64,000 nucleotides of DNA. Origin: an uncultured cyanobacterium (GTDB lineage Bacteria > Cyanobacteriota > Cyanobacteriia > Cyanobacteriales > Cyanobacteriaceae). Where the stretch lies: the NCBI GenBank assembly GCA_963749915.1, contig CAVVOP010000021.1:128001-192000 (forward strand), given 5' to 3'. The notes beneath the pieces are model-generated. The model saw nothing but the letters and a program-made list of their open reading frames with translations. It had not been told where the DNA came from and did no database searches. Of this stretch, positions 55,615 to 64,000 are shown piece after piece; position 1 is the first letter of the stretch; the number at the start of each line of letters is the position of its first letter. The position numbers and the translations under genes are program-made.

Positions 55615-55881
55615 TTATTTAAGTTTTGATTGACGTACAGCTTGAATTTCTTGCATAATATCATTATCGGTAACTTCATCTACTGGATCTTGATTATAGA
55701 GTTCTGTAATTAAAGCTTTTAAATCTGACTGTAGCTCTACTTCAATTAAAGCTTTGGCTATTTTTGTACGCTCACTGGGCTGTAATTGTTGAATGACAGA
55801 AATGAGTTGTTCTAGGGTTATAGGTATTGTTATCATAGATTTCATGTCTCTTAGTTTAATAAAAACAGTCTGTAATCTCAT
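55615..55881 (-). CDS. Putative antitoxin (start probably ~55838-55847)
   Basis: IPITLEQLISVIQQL..SER; 2 nt from the PIN gene. Confidence 0.7.
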   Translation of the reverse strand: MRLQTVFIKLRDMKSMITIPITLEQLISVIQQLQPSERTKIAKALIEVELQSDLKALITELYNQDPVDEVTDNDIMQEIQAVRQSKLK

Positions 55882-55945
55882 TATATCAAGTATGATGAGG
55901 ATCTTGGTTATACGAAACTAGACGTTAAGTTCAATAGGCGGTAAT

Positions 55946-55976
55946 TGTTGGGTTAAGGAACGAAACCCAACCTACA
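55946..55976 (-). repeat. REP-like palindrome with GTAG foot
   Basis: Minus strand TGTAGGTTGGGTTTCGTTCCTTAACCCAACA. Confidence 0.6.
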
Positions 55977-56465
55977 AGATCAGCGATCGCTGAGAATTGT
56001 GATGAGGATACTACGATAATTATTCCTTTTGCAAACAGGTTGCCCACCAGTATTAGATATTGGTTGGAGGATTTGATGAACATTGGAGTAACTATTTGTG
56101 CTGTGGCGAATAATAATCCTTGTAAAGATATTTTCCTAGAAATGCTGGAGTTAGATTTACCCAAGGATAAGCAGATTCGGGAAATAATGAAGGATGAAGC
56201 CCAGAGGTTGGGTTTGGAGATAGGCGATCGTGCAGCGCCAGGCTTCGCCTGATCGCAAATTAGCTGAGTTACAATCTTACGTTGGTAAGAATCCTATGCT
56301 TGCAAGGAAGGCTATTCAGAATGAATATCTGGGACTAAACAAACAAAATCCTCAGCATACGAACTATGTGGTGATTATGCCGATAATTATTGCTATTTTG
56401 ATGGGTTTTGGCATCGTTAGATTTATCGGTCTGGGAACAGGGAATAAGTCACTTTATATCTATGG
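55977..56465 (+). pseudogene. Internal fragment of a plasmid-type ATP-binding/membrane protein gene
   Basis: ORFs 56040-56252 and 56230-56496 join (..GLEIGDRKLAELQ..) after removing a 25-bp insert; cut on the right by IS630. Confidence 0.55.
56230..56254 (+). repeat. 25-bp twin-hairpin insert in a HIP1 site
   Basis: GCGATC[GTGCAGCGCCAGGCTTCGCCTGATC]GC. Confidence 0.8.
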
Positions 56466-56960
56466 TTTCAATTCGTTTTTTTTAATGTTTTTCTGATGGT
56501 TTCTCGTGATATTTTTTCCACATATTGGAGTTCAATCATTTTATCCGCCAGCATTTGAAGTGTCCATTTTGCTCGTCCCGTTGGTGTTTCACTACAAGCG
56601 ATTGCAATCAGATATGCTTCCTTTTCCCCATCGATAATTTTGGCACGGCGATGTTCTTGCTTTTTTCGAGTTAATGCTGATTCAATTCCTGACTCGACAA
56701 ATCTTTGTCGTACTCTCTCAATGGTGGCTTGAGCAACATTTAAGGCTTCACTAATTTTCGAGTCAGTCCAACCACCTTCTTGTTGATTGATGTCTGCCAA
56801 AAGTAGTATTCTGGCATGGTTCATTTTGTAAGCTGCTATTTTTCCTTTCTTGGTTAGCTGCTCGAGTTCAGTTCTTTCGGAGTCTGTTAGATCTACAATA
56901 TATTTTTTCTTCGGCATTTTTTTGTCTGAAGTTGGATAACTTCTTCCAGATTAGCTCTTT
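56463..56960 (-). mobile_element. IS630-family remnant (orfA 56468-56917 only)
   Basis: KKYIVDLTDSER..L, ARILLLAD, IERVRQRFVE.G, P.GRAKWTLQMLA, ending at the A-run slippery site AAAAAAAACGAATTGAAACC; DDE half missing; left boundary approximate. Confidence 0.85.
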
Positions 56961-57070
56961 TTTTACCCCTCAAAGCCCAATTTCCTAAAACTCCGTTGAT
57001 AGTTTACAGTTAGTTATTGGGTAAGATTTGAAATATTGACTTATTTATATTTATTATTTTTCAAAAATAA

Positions 57071-57433
57071 ATGACCAAAATATTAGTAGTAGATGATTTA
57101 CAGTCAGAATTGGATCTAATTACCGAATATCTTACTTCCGCTGGTTATACGGTGACAACGGCAATCAATGGTAAAGAAGCCTTGACTAAAGTCTCAGAAA
57201 ATATTCCCGATGTGATCGTTACTGATTGGATGATGCCAGAAATGGGCGGATTAGACTTGTGCCGTAAACTTAAAAAAAATCCAGAGACAGCAAATATTCC
57301 CGTTGTTGCTTGTACGGCTAAAGATCGAGATGTTGATCGTGCTTGGGCAACTAAACAAGGGGTTAAAGGCTATGTAGTTAAACCCTGTACCAAAGAAGAG
57401 ATTGTTAACGCTGTCAAACAAGCGATGGAGTAG
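57071..57433 (+). CDS. CheY/PilH-like single-domain response regulator
   Basis: ILVVDD, VTDWMMPEMGG, CTAK, VKP. Confidence 0.92.
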   Translation: MTKILVVDDLQSELDLITEYLTSAGYTVTTAINGKEALTKVSENIPDVIVTDWMMPEMGGLDLCRKLKKNPETANIPVVACTAKDRDVDRAWATKQGVKGYVVKPCTKEEIVNAVKQAME

Positions 57434-57441
57434 TATAATTT

Positions 57442-57984
57442 ATGTCCACCACATCTTCTTCTCTATCGAGATTACAAGAATTACTCCCAGAGTTATTTCA
57501 AACAACTAATTTACTGGGAAAACTCTATCTCCGTTGTCAAATAACTTCGGTAATAACAGCCTTAATTCCTATGGAATACGTTCAGGAATCTTTATTAGTT
57601 CCCAGAGAAGAAATTACACCCATCCCCGAAATGTCGAGTTTTTTTATGGGTTTAATGAATTCCCGTGATCATGTTTTCTTTGCCCTTGACTTACCTCAAC
57701 TTCTAGGTTGTTCACCTTTATCACCATACTCAAGAGACTATCACACTATTGTCATTAATATTTCCCCATTTTTAGATCAATCATTAACTTCAGAAGGGGA
57801 AATTTTCTTAGGTTTCGCTGTTAATCAAATTCAAGGTATTACTAGGATTATATCCGATGAAATGCGATCGCCTCAAGAGAATTTCTCCTCCAGTTTAACT
57901 CCCTATTTACAAGGATGGGTAATGGATAAGGAACAGCAATTACCCGTACTAGATCTAGCGACCATTATAAAGCAAACTCTTTAA
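57442..57984 (+). CDS. CheW/PilI-like adaptor
   Basis: ITPIPEM...MGLMNSRDHV..LDLPQLLG, LPVLDL. Confidence 0.88.
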   Translation: MSTTSSSLSRLQELLPELFQTTNLLGKLYLRCQITSVITALIPMEYVQESLLVPREEITPIPEMSSFFMGLMNSRDHVFFALDLPQLLGCSPLSPYSRDYHTIVINISPFLDQSLTSEGEIFLGFAVNQIQGITRIISDEMRSPQENFSSSLTPYLQGWVMDKEQQLPVLDLATIIKQTL

Positions 57985-58068
57985 GTGAGGTGAGGAAAAT
58001 AAAATAAAATTTGCAGACATAGACAAATACTATCAATTCAATCATTAGTAATTCCATTAATAAAAAGA

Positions 58069-60318
58069 ATGACTACTCAATCAGAAAAATTCGTCGAAAT
58101 AAGTAAAAAAGTAGGAGCAGTAATTTCTCCCAAAAAAAAGCGTAAACCATCATTTATAGTCCCTTTGCTTCTTGTTGGCACGACAGTGTTGCCTCCCCTC
58201 CTACTGCCAGTTATCAGTTATTCAGAAATAGCAAGTGCTCAAACTACCAAGCAAAGCACCCCCAATGAAAACAAGCAAATTAAAATTGGAATATTAGCAA
58301 AACGAGGAGATGACAAAGCATCGGAACAATGGCAAGCAACGGCAGATTACTTAAGTAAAGAAATCCCCGGTTATACTTTTCAAATTGTGCCACTGGATTT
58401 TCAGCAAATTTATCAAGCCGTTGAAGAAGGAAGCATTGATTTTGTCATCCCCAACTCAGGAATGTATATCGATTTTGAAGGTCTTTATGACACTAATCGT
58501 ATTGCTACCCTCAAAAACCGAAGGCTAGGAAAACCATATACTGTTTTTGGGGGGGTTATTTTTCGCAAAAAAGATCGAGAAGATATTAAAGTTATCCAAG
58601 ATCTCAAAGGTAAAACAGTGATGGCGGTAGATGAAACATCATTAGGAGGATGGCAAACCCAGTGGGGAGAATTGAAAAAGGCTGGAATAGATCCATACCG
58701 AGATTTTAAAGAACTGAGCTTTGGTGGTACCCATGATGATGTAGTTTATGCAGTGCGAGATGGTAAAATCGATGTGGGAGCAGTGCGTACTGATACTCTT
58801 GAAAGAATGGCAGAAGAGGGAAAAATTAATCTTGATGATTTTGTAATTATTAATCAAAAAACTGAGTTACAAAAAGAATTTCCCTTCTTGCTGAGTACAG
58901 ATCTCTACCCAGAATGGCCTTTTGGGGCAACCAAAAATACTCCTAATCAATTGTCCGAACTGGTGGCTTCTGCTTTATTAAGAATGCCAAAAGAGAGCGA
59001 AGCCGCAAAAAAAGCAAAATCTGAAGGATGGACTGTACCTTTAAATTATCGTTCTGTAGATGATCTTTTCCTCGATCTTCAAATTGGTCGTTACGAATAT
59101 TTGAGAAAATTTGCTTTGGGAGAATTTATCCAAAAATATTGGTACTGGTTTTCTGGTGGCTTTATTATTTTGACTATTTCAGTCGCATCTATCATCATCT
59201 ATCAGCAAAAACGGACTGAAACTGCCCTTAAAGAAAGTGCTAAACAACAACAAATGGCTATTAATCAACAAAAAGAGGTAGAAACTACTTTAAAAACGAT
59301 TGCCCAAGAGCAACAAAAACAGAAAGAAACTCTCGAAAGGGAAATTTATCAACTTATCGAGGAGTTACAGGGTGCGGTGGATGGAGATTTAACCGTCAGA
59401 GCCAGTTTAACTTCCATGGAAATGAGTACTGTGGCTGATTTATTTAATGCCATCATTGATAGTCTTGGTGATATTGCTGTTCAAGTAAAGCAGTCTAGCA
59501 GTGAGGTTAGTTCTTCCTTGGGAGAAAATGAACAATCAATTCAACTTTTAGCAAAACAAGCGATTCAGGAAGCGGAAAACACTCGCAAAACCTTAGATTC
59601 CATCGAAGAAATGTCTCTTTCTATTGAGGGCGTTGCCGCTAATGCTAATCAAGCCGCCAACTTAGCCGATGACGCTTACAAAGAAACCCAAGAAGGCACA
59701 AATGCCATGGATGAAACTGTAACCAGTATTCTCAACACGCGCACAACAGTGGGAGAGACAGCGAAAAAAATAAAACGATTAGGGGAATCTTCCCAAAAGA
59801 TTTCTCAGGTTGTCTCACTCATCGAAGAAATTGCCTTAAAAACGAATTTATTGGCTATTAATGCCAGTGTGGAAGCTAGTCGTGCAGGGGAACAAGGACA
59901 AGGTTTTACGGTGGTAGCAGAGCAGGTAGGAGCTTTAGCCGAACAATCCGCTGCGGCAACCAAAGAAATAGCTCAAATTGTGGCGGCAATTCAGGCAGAA
60001 ACCCAAGAAGTAGCCCAAGCGATGGAATTAGGAACTTCTCAGGTGGTTGACACCACTCGCTTGGTAGAATCCACTAAAAAACGTTTAGGTCAAGTATTAG
60101 AACGCTCTCGCAGTATCAATGAGCTAATGAAAACAATTTCTGAATCTACCGTTTCTCAGGCTGATACATCTCGTGTTGTCAGAGAACTGATGCAGCAAAT
60201 TGCTCAACAGTCTGAGGCACGATTAAGTTCTTCTGAAAAAATTGCCAAATCTATGCAAGCTACAGCCGAAGTTGCCAAACAAATGGAGTCAACCGTGGAA
60301 CAGTTTAAAGTTAGTTAA
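58069..60318 (+). CDS. Methyl-accepting chemotaxis protein with PhnD/phosphonate-binding-like periplasmic domain
   Basis: IGILAKRG...[80 protein letters not shown]. Confidence 0.92.
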   Translation: MTTQSEKFVEISKKVGAVISPKKKRKPSFIVPLLLVGTTVLPPLLLPVISYSEIASAQTTKQSTPNENKQIKIGILAKRGDDKASEQWQATADYLSKEIPGYTFQIVPLDFQQIYQAVEEGSIDFVIPNSGMYIDFEGLYDTNRIATLKNRRLGKPYTVFGGVIFRKKDREDIKVIQDLKGKTVMAVDETSLGGWQTQWGELKKAGIDPYRDFKELSFGGTHDDVVYAVRDGKIDVGAVRTDTLERMAEEGKINLDDFVIINQKTELQKEFPFLLSTDLYPEWPFGATKNTPNQLSELVASALLRMPKESEAAKKAKSEGWTVPLNYRSVDDLFLDLQIGRYEYLRKFALGEFIQKYWYWFSGGFIILTISVASIIIYQQKRTETALKESAKQQQMAINQQKEVETTLKTIAQEQQKQKETLEREIYQLIEELQGAVDGDLTVRASLTSMEMSTVADLFNAIIDSLGDIAVQVKQSSSEVSSSLGENEQSIQLLAKQAIQEAENTRKTLDSIEEMSLSIEGVAANANQAANLADDAYKETQEGTNAMDETVTSILNTRTTVGETAKKIKRLGESSQKISQVVSLIEEIALKTNLLAINASVEASRAGEQGQGFTVVAEQVGALAEQSAAATKEIAQIVAAIQAETQEVAQAMELGTSQVVDTTRLVESTKKRLGQVLERSRSINELMKTISESTVSQADTSRVVRELMQQIAQQSEARLSSSEKIAKSMQATAEVAKQMESTVEQFKVS

Positions 60319-60435
60319 CTATTAACTTGCACTTTTAATAAAATTTGCTGATGAGGGAAGGAGACAGGAGATAGAGAATTTACTTAAATGTCTTTGAAAC
60401 TGAATAAATTAATCCTCTTTAAATGATAAAAAACA

Positions 60436-63400
60436 ATGGATCAACAACAAATTCGATTTAATTTTCTCGATGAAGCACAAGACTGTCTCCATCGAGTTGA
60501 ATCTGTCCTCCTTGAGTTAAGTTCAACGATTGCTGAACCTGAAAAACTAGATTTAGCACTGAGGGCAACTCATTCCGTTAAAGGTGGTGCTGGGATGATG
60601 GGATTTTTTCCTCTTAGTAATGTGGCTCACCGTTTAGAAGACTTTTTCAAAATCCTACGGCTTCGACACCATTCCACTCAAATTAGTACAGAAGTAGAAA
60701 GTTTATTGTTACTAGGAGTGGACTCTATGGGCAATATCATAGAATTACATCGTCAGGGTAAAGATGTTGAGGATACTTGGTTAAAAGATCATGTTGATCC
60801 TATTTTTGAACAGTTAGGTCAACTTTTAGGGAAACTACGAGCTGGGGATGAAAATTTACTTTTTAATCAAACTGAGGGAGCAAATGCTGAGTTATTAATG
60901 TTTGAGGAAGGAGTTGAACCCATTTTAGATGAGTTTGAAGCTCAATTAAGTGATATATCTTCTGAACAATTATCCTCTGCTTTGATGATGACCGCAGAAA
61001 AACTACTGGTTTTTGGTCGAATGGCGGATTTAGAACCTTTTGTGCAATTATGTGAATCGATTCAGCAACAAGCTATGATTGCAACGACGCAAAACATCAA
61101 TTCTTTGATTGAAGAAGCTTTAACTGTTTGGCGACGTTCCCAAGCTTTGGTAATGCGTGGTAGTCTTGATAAACTACCGTCAGAGTTGAAAAGAAATCGT
61201 TTATCAAGTCCGATTAGTGATGGTTTGGGAGTGGATAATCTTAACCTTGATAGGCAAAATAATGATCTTTTGTCTTTAGCCAATGCTTTAGATGATAATC
61301 TCAATTTGGATTTGTTCTCTAATGAGGATTTTGATTTTGAAGATCAATTCTCGGAGTCTGATTTTGATTTATTATCAGGGGAAAATATCGACATTGAGAA
61401 CTTAGAGGAGTTACAAAATGCTTTTGCACAAATTTCTGCTCCTGAACCTGAAAAACCTTTAATTTCTACCCCAAAAATTGCTCAAATTCCCTCAAAAACA
61501 GGGCAAATGGTACGGATTCCCGTAGAACAGTTAACTCAATTTAATACTTTGTTTGGGAAGCTGATTTTAGAACGTAATCGACTTAATTTGCGTTTGGAGC
61601 AATTGCGTAATGTCGCTCAACTCATGCAACGGCGGATGAGTCAATTAGAGCAATCTAACACCCAATTAAAAAACTGGTATGATCGCACTTCTACGCAGGA
61701 TTCTTTTGCTGTTACAGAGCAAACTATGGTTCAAATTCCTCTCTCTAGCACTATTGTTAATGGTGCAAAATCTTCAATTTCCCCAGAAAAAACTGCACAA
61801 GATAATGGAACTTCGACACAATTTGATACTTTAGAAATGGATAGTTATAGCGACTTACATTTAATTTCTCAAGAACAAATTGAAACCATTGTTCAGCTCA
61901 AGGAAGTAAGTACCGATATTGATTTAGGTTTAGAAGATCTCAATCAAGCAGTACGAGAATTGAATCATACTATGCGATCGCTGCAAAAAAAAGCCACCAG
62001 TATTCAAATGCGTCCTTTCGGGGATTTAGTCAAAAGTTTTCCTCGCCTTATCAGAGATTTAAGCATACAGTTCAATAAAAAAGTTAATCTCAAAATTGAA
62101 GGAGAAACAACTTTATTCGATCGTAGTTTAATCGAAACCCTTAATGCACCGTTAATGCACCTTATCCGCAACGCCTTTGATCATGGCATCGAAGATTCTG
62201 AAACTCGTAAAAATGCAGGAAAACCCTCCGAAGGAACAATTACCCTTAGTGCGATTAATCGAGGTACTCAAACTATTATCACTGTTAAAGACGACGGCAA
62301 AGGTATTTCTGTAGAGAAAATAGGTGATCGATTAAAACAAATGGGTATTACTTCCACCGAAATTGAGCAAATGTCCGAATCCCAAATCATCGACTATATT
62401 TTTCAGCCCGGATTTACTACCTCAGAAGAAGTTACCGAACTGTCAGGAAGAGGAGTTGGCATGGACGTAGTTCGCACTAATATCCAAGAAATTAGAGGAA
62501 ATGTTCAAGCTCAAAGCAAAGTGGGACAAGGATCAACCTTTACCATGACAGTTCCTTCCAATTTATCCATTTTACGGGTCATGATCGTACAAGCCAAAGG
62601 AATGGTATTTGCTGTGCCTGTAAACACTGTCCGAAAAATTTTACACTTAAAACTAGAAGAAAACTCCACTCCTCAAGATTTAAAACAATTTACCTGGCGA
62701 GATCAAACAATTCCCGTCATATATCTAGAAAACATTTTTACCTTTAACCGCCCTTCACAACCCTTTGAAATGTCGGGTAATCCCATTATTAATCAACCCA
62801 CAATCCTAGTGGTAGGAGATCAAGATAATGTCGGTGGAATTCACATTGATCAATTTTGGGGTGAACAAGAAGTCACCATTCGTCCCATTAATACTCATTT
62901 GCCTCTCCCTTTAGGGTTCATAAGTTCTCTAATTCTGGGAGATGGTCGAGTATTACCCTTGATCGAGCCTGTTCAAATTCTGCAAGAATCTCTCAAACAA
63001 AATGAGCAAACGAACAAAGATGATATTATCCCCGTCAAGACAAACCAAGATCTTCCCTTTGCCTCAGAAAAAATTAAGACAATCCTGATTATCGATGACT
63101 CCATTAACGTCCGCAATTATTTAGCCACAACCCTCGAAAAAGCAGGTTATAGAGTCGAACAAGCTAAAGATGGACGAGAAGGGGTGAACAAACTTTTTGG
63201 AGGTTTAACGGTAGAAGCGGCTATCTGTGATATTGAGATGCCTCGTCTTGATGGTTATGGTGTTTTAGAAGAAGTTAAAGGAAAACCTGAATTTCAATCC
63301 CTACCAATTATTATGCTCAGTTCTCGTAGTAATGAGAAACATCAAAAATTAGCTTTCAATTTAGGGGCATCTGCTTATTTTTCCAAACCTTATAATGAAC

Positions 63401-63438
63401 AAGAATTAATTGGTAAAATTGGCGATTTAACTAGATAA
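60436..63438 (+). CDS. CheA-like hybrid histidine kinase (Hpt-HATPase-CheW-REC)
   Basis: RATHSVKGGA, HLIRNAFDHGIE, DDGKG, SGRGVGMDVV, IIDDS..CDIEMPRLDG. Confidence 0.95.
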   Translation: MDQQQIRFNFLDEAQDCLHRVESVLLELSSTIAEPEKLDLALRATHSVKGGAGMMGFFPLSNVAHRLEDFFKILRLRHHSTQISTEVESLLLLGVDSMGNIIELHRQGKDVEDTWLKDHVDPIFEQLGQLLGKLRAGDENLLFNQTEGANAELLMFEEGVEPILDEFEAQLSDISSEQLSSALMMTAEKLLVFGRMADLEPFVQLCESIQQQAMIATTQNINSLIEEALTVWRRSQALVMRGSLDKLPSELKRNRLSSPISDGLGVDNLNLDRQNNDLLSLANALDDNLNLDLFSNEDFDFEDQFSESDFDLLSGENIDIENLEELQNAFAQISAPEPEKPLISTPKIAQIPSKTGQMVRIPVEQLTQFNTLFGKLILERNRLNLRLEQLRNVAQLMQRRMSQLEQSNTQLKNWYDRTSTQDSFAVTEQTMVQIPLSSTIVNGAKSSISPEKTAQDNGTSTQFDTLEMDSYSDLHLISQEQIETIVQLKEVSTDIDLGLEDLNQAVRELNHTMRSLQKKATSIQMRPFGDLVKSFPRLIRDLSIQFNKKVNLKIEGETTLFDRSLIETLNAPLMHLIRNAFDHGIEDSETRKNAGKPSEGTITLSAINRGTQTIITVKDDGKGISVEKIGDRLKQMGITSTEIEQMSESQIIDYIFQPGFTTSEEVTELSGRGVGMDVVRTNIQEIRGNVQAQSKVGQGSTFTMTVPSNLSILRVMIVQAKGMVFAVPVNTVRKILHLKLEENSTPQDLKQFTWRDQTIPVIYLENIFTFNRPSQPFEMSGNPIINQPTILVVGDQDNVGGIHIDQFWGEQEVTIRPINTHLPLPLGFISSLILGDGRVLPLIEPVQILQESLKQNEQTNKDDIIPVKTNQDLPFASEKIKTILIIDDSINVRNYLATTLEKAGYRVEQAKDGREGVNKLFGGLTVEAAICDIEMPRLDGYGVLEEVKGKPEFQSLPIIMLSSRSNEKHQKLAFNLGASAYFSKPYNEQELIGKIGDLTR

Positions 63439-63590
63439 AAATAATTAATATTTAGGCTAATTATGGAGCAGTTTTTATTAAATCTATGATACAAAATTGA
63501 CCAATAATATATACATGAATATTTATTATATATAGATATCCACTATTAAAAAAAATAAACAATTTAATTATCAATATTAGGTATAAAAAT

Positions 63591-64000
63591 ATGATTCGTG
63601 AATTTGATTCCTTAAATTTTCTTCAACATGGATTTGATACTGGGAAAACTGCACATCTTCACATAAAAGCTAATTCAGTTGACTGGGATATTTATTTAGT
63701 TAATGGTAAATTGCAATATGCCCAACATTCCTTACAGTCTTTAGAAACAATTCAATATTATTTAATGCGTTTAGCACCTCATGGGGGAGTGAAAATAACC
63801 TCAAATCAAGTTACAAATAACATAAATAATTTCCCACTATTGCAAGTCGTAAATCGATTATTTTCTAGCAATAATATTAACTCTAATGAAAGGATGATGT
63901 TGGTCAAGGAATTAAGCCAAGACGCTTTAGAGTCTTTCCTTTGTTTAAAAAGTGGAGATTATAAATGGAGTCAAACCGATGAGACTCAAGCCCTAAAAAT
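63591..64000 (+). CDS. PatA-family response regulator, N-terminal part (runs off window end)
   Basis: MIREFDSLNFL...TAHLHIKANSVDWDIYLVNGKLQYAQHS...LSQDALESFL....G.Y.W, PATAN-like; adjacent to the che genes. Confidence 0.7.
   Translation, partial: MIREFDSLNFLQHGFDTGKTAHLHIKANSVDWDIYLVNGKLQYAQHSLQSLETIQYYLMRLAPHGGVKITSNQVTNNINNFPLLQVVNRLFSSNNINSNERMMLVKELSQDALESFLCLKSGDYKWSQTDETQALK

Overview
Chromosomal window of a low-GC cyanobacterium. HIP1 GCGATCGC sites, ndhA and gifA with an NtcA box indicate this; a Geminocystis/Cyanobacterium-like host is only an inference. 1-20.4 kb is mostly housekeeping (moeA, M16 peptidase, ndhA, gifA, glgA, uvrA, ROK kinase, rimM, ackA, a deleted surE, fni), plus an RTX/beta-helix protein and an orphan TnpB right-end/omegaRNA remnant. 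About 20.5-57 kb is an accessory island with nested IS debris (IS4, IS701, two IS1634, an IS1634-type MITE, IS630) and three TA pairs. Between the two IS1634 copies lie a double TRAFAC-GTPase operon and a YcaO/amidohydrolase/heme-peroxidase/large-precursor RiPP-like cluster. That cluster is enclosed by an HTH-AAA_35 gene and a Ser/Thr kinase-AAA-GAF-AAA_35 gene, and bracketed by two outward-facing 99-bp inverted non-coding modules (~92% identical). Many island genes are frameshifted. 57-64 kb is a Pil/Che-type chemosensory cluster whose MCP has a phosphate/phosphonate-binding-like sensor. No rRNA, tRNA or CRISPR array was seen. All family assignments are motif recognition by eye, not database searches.
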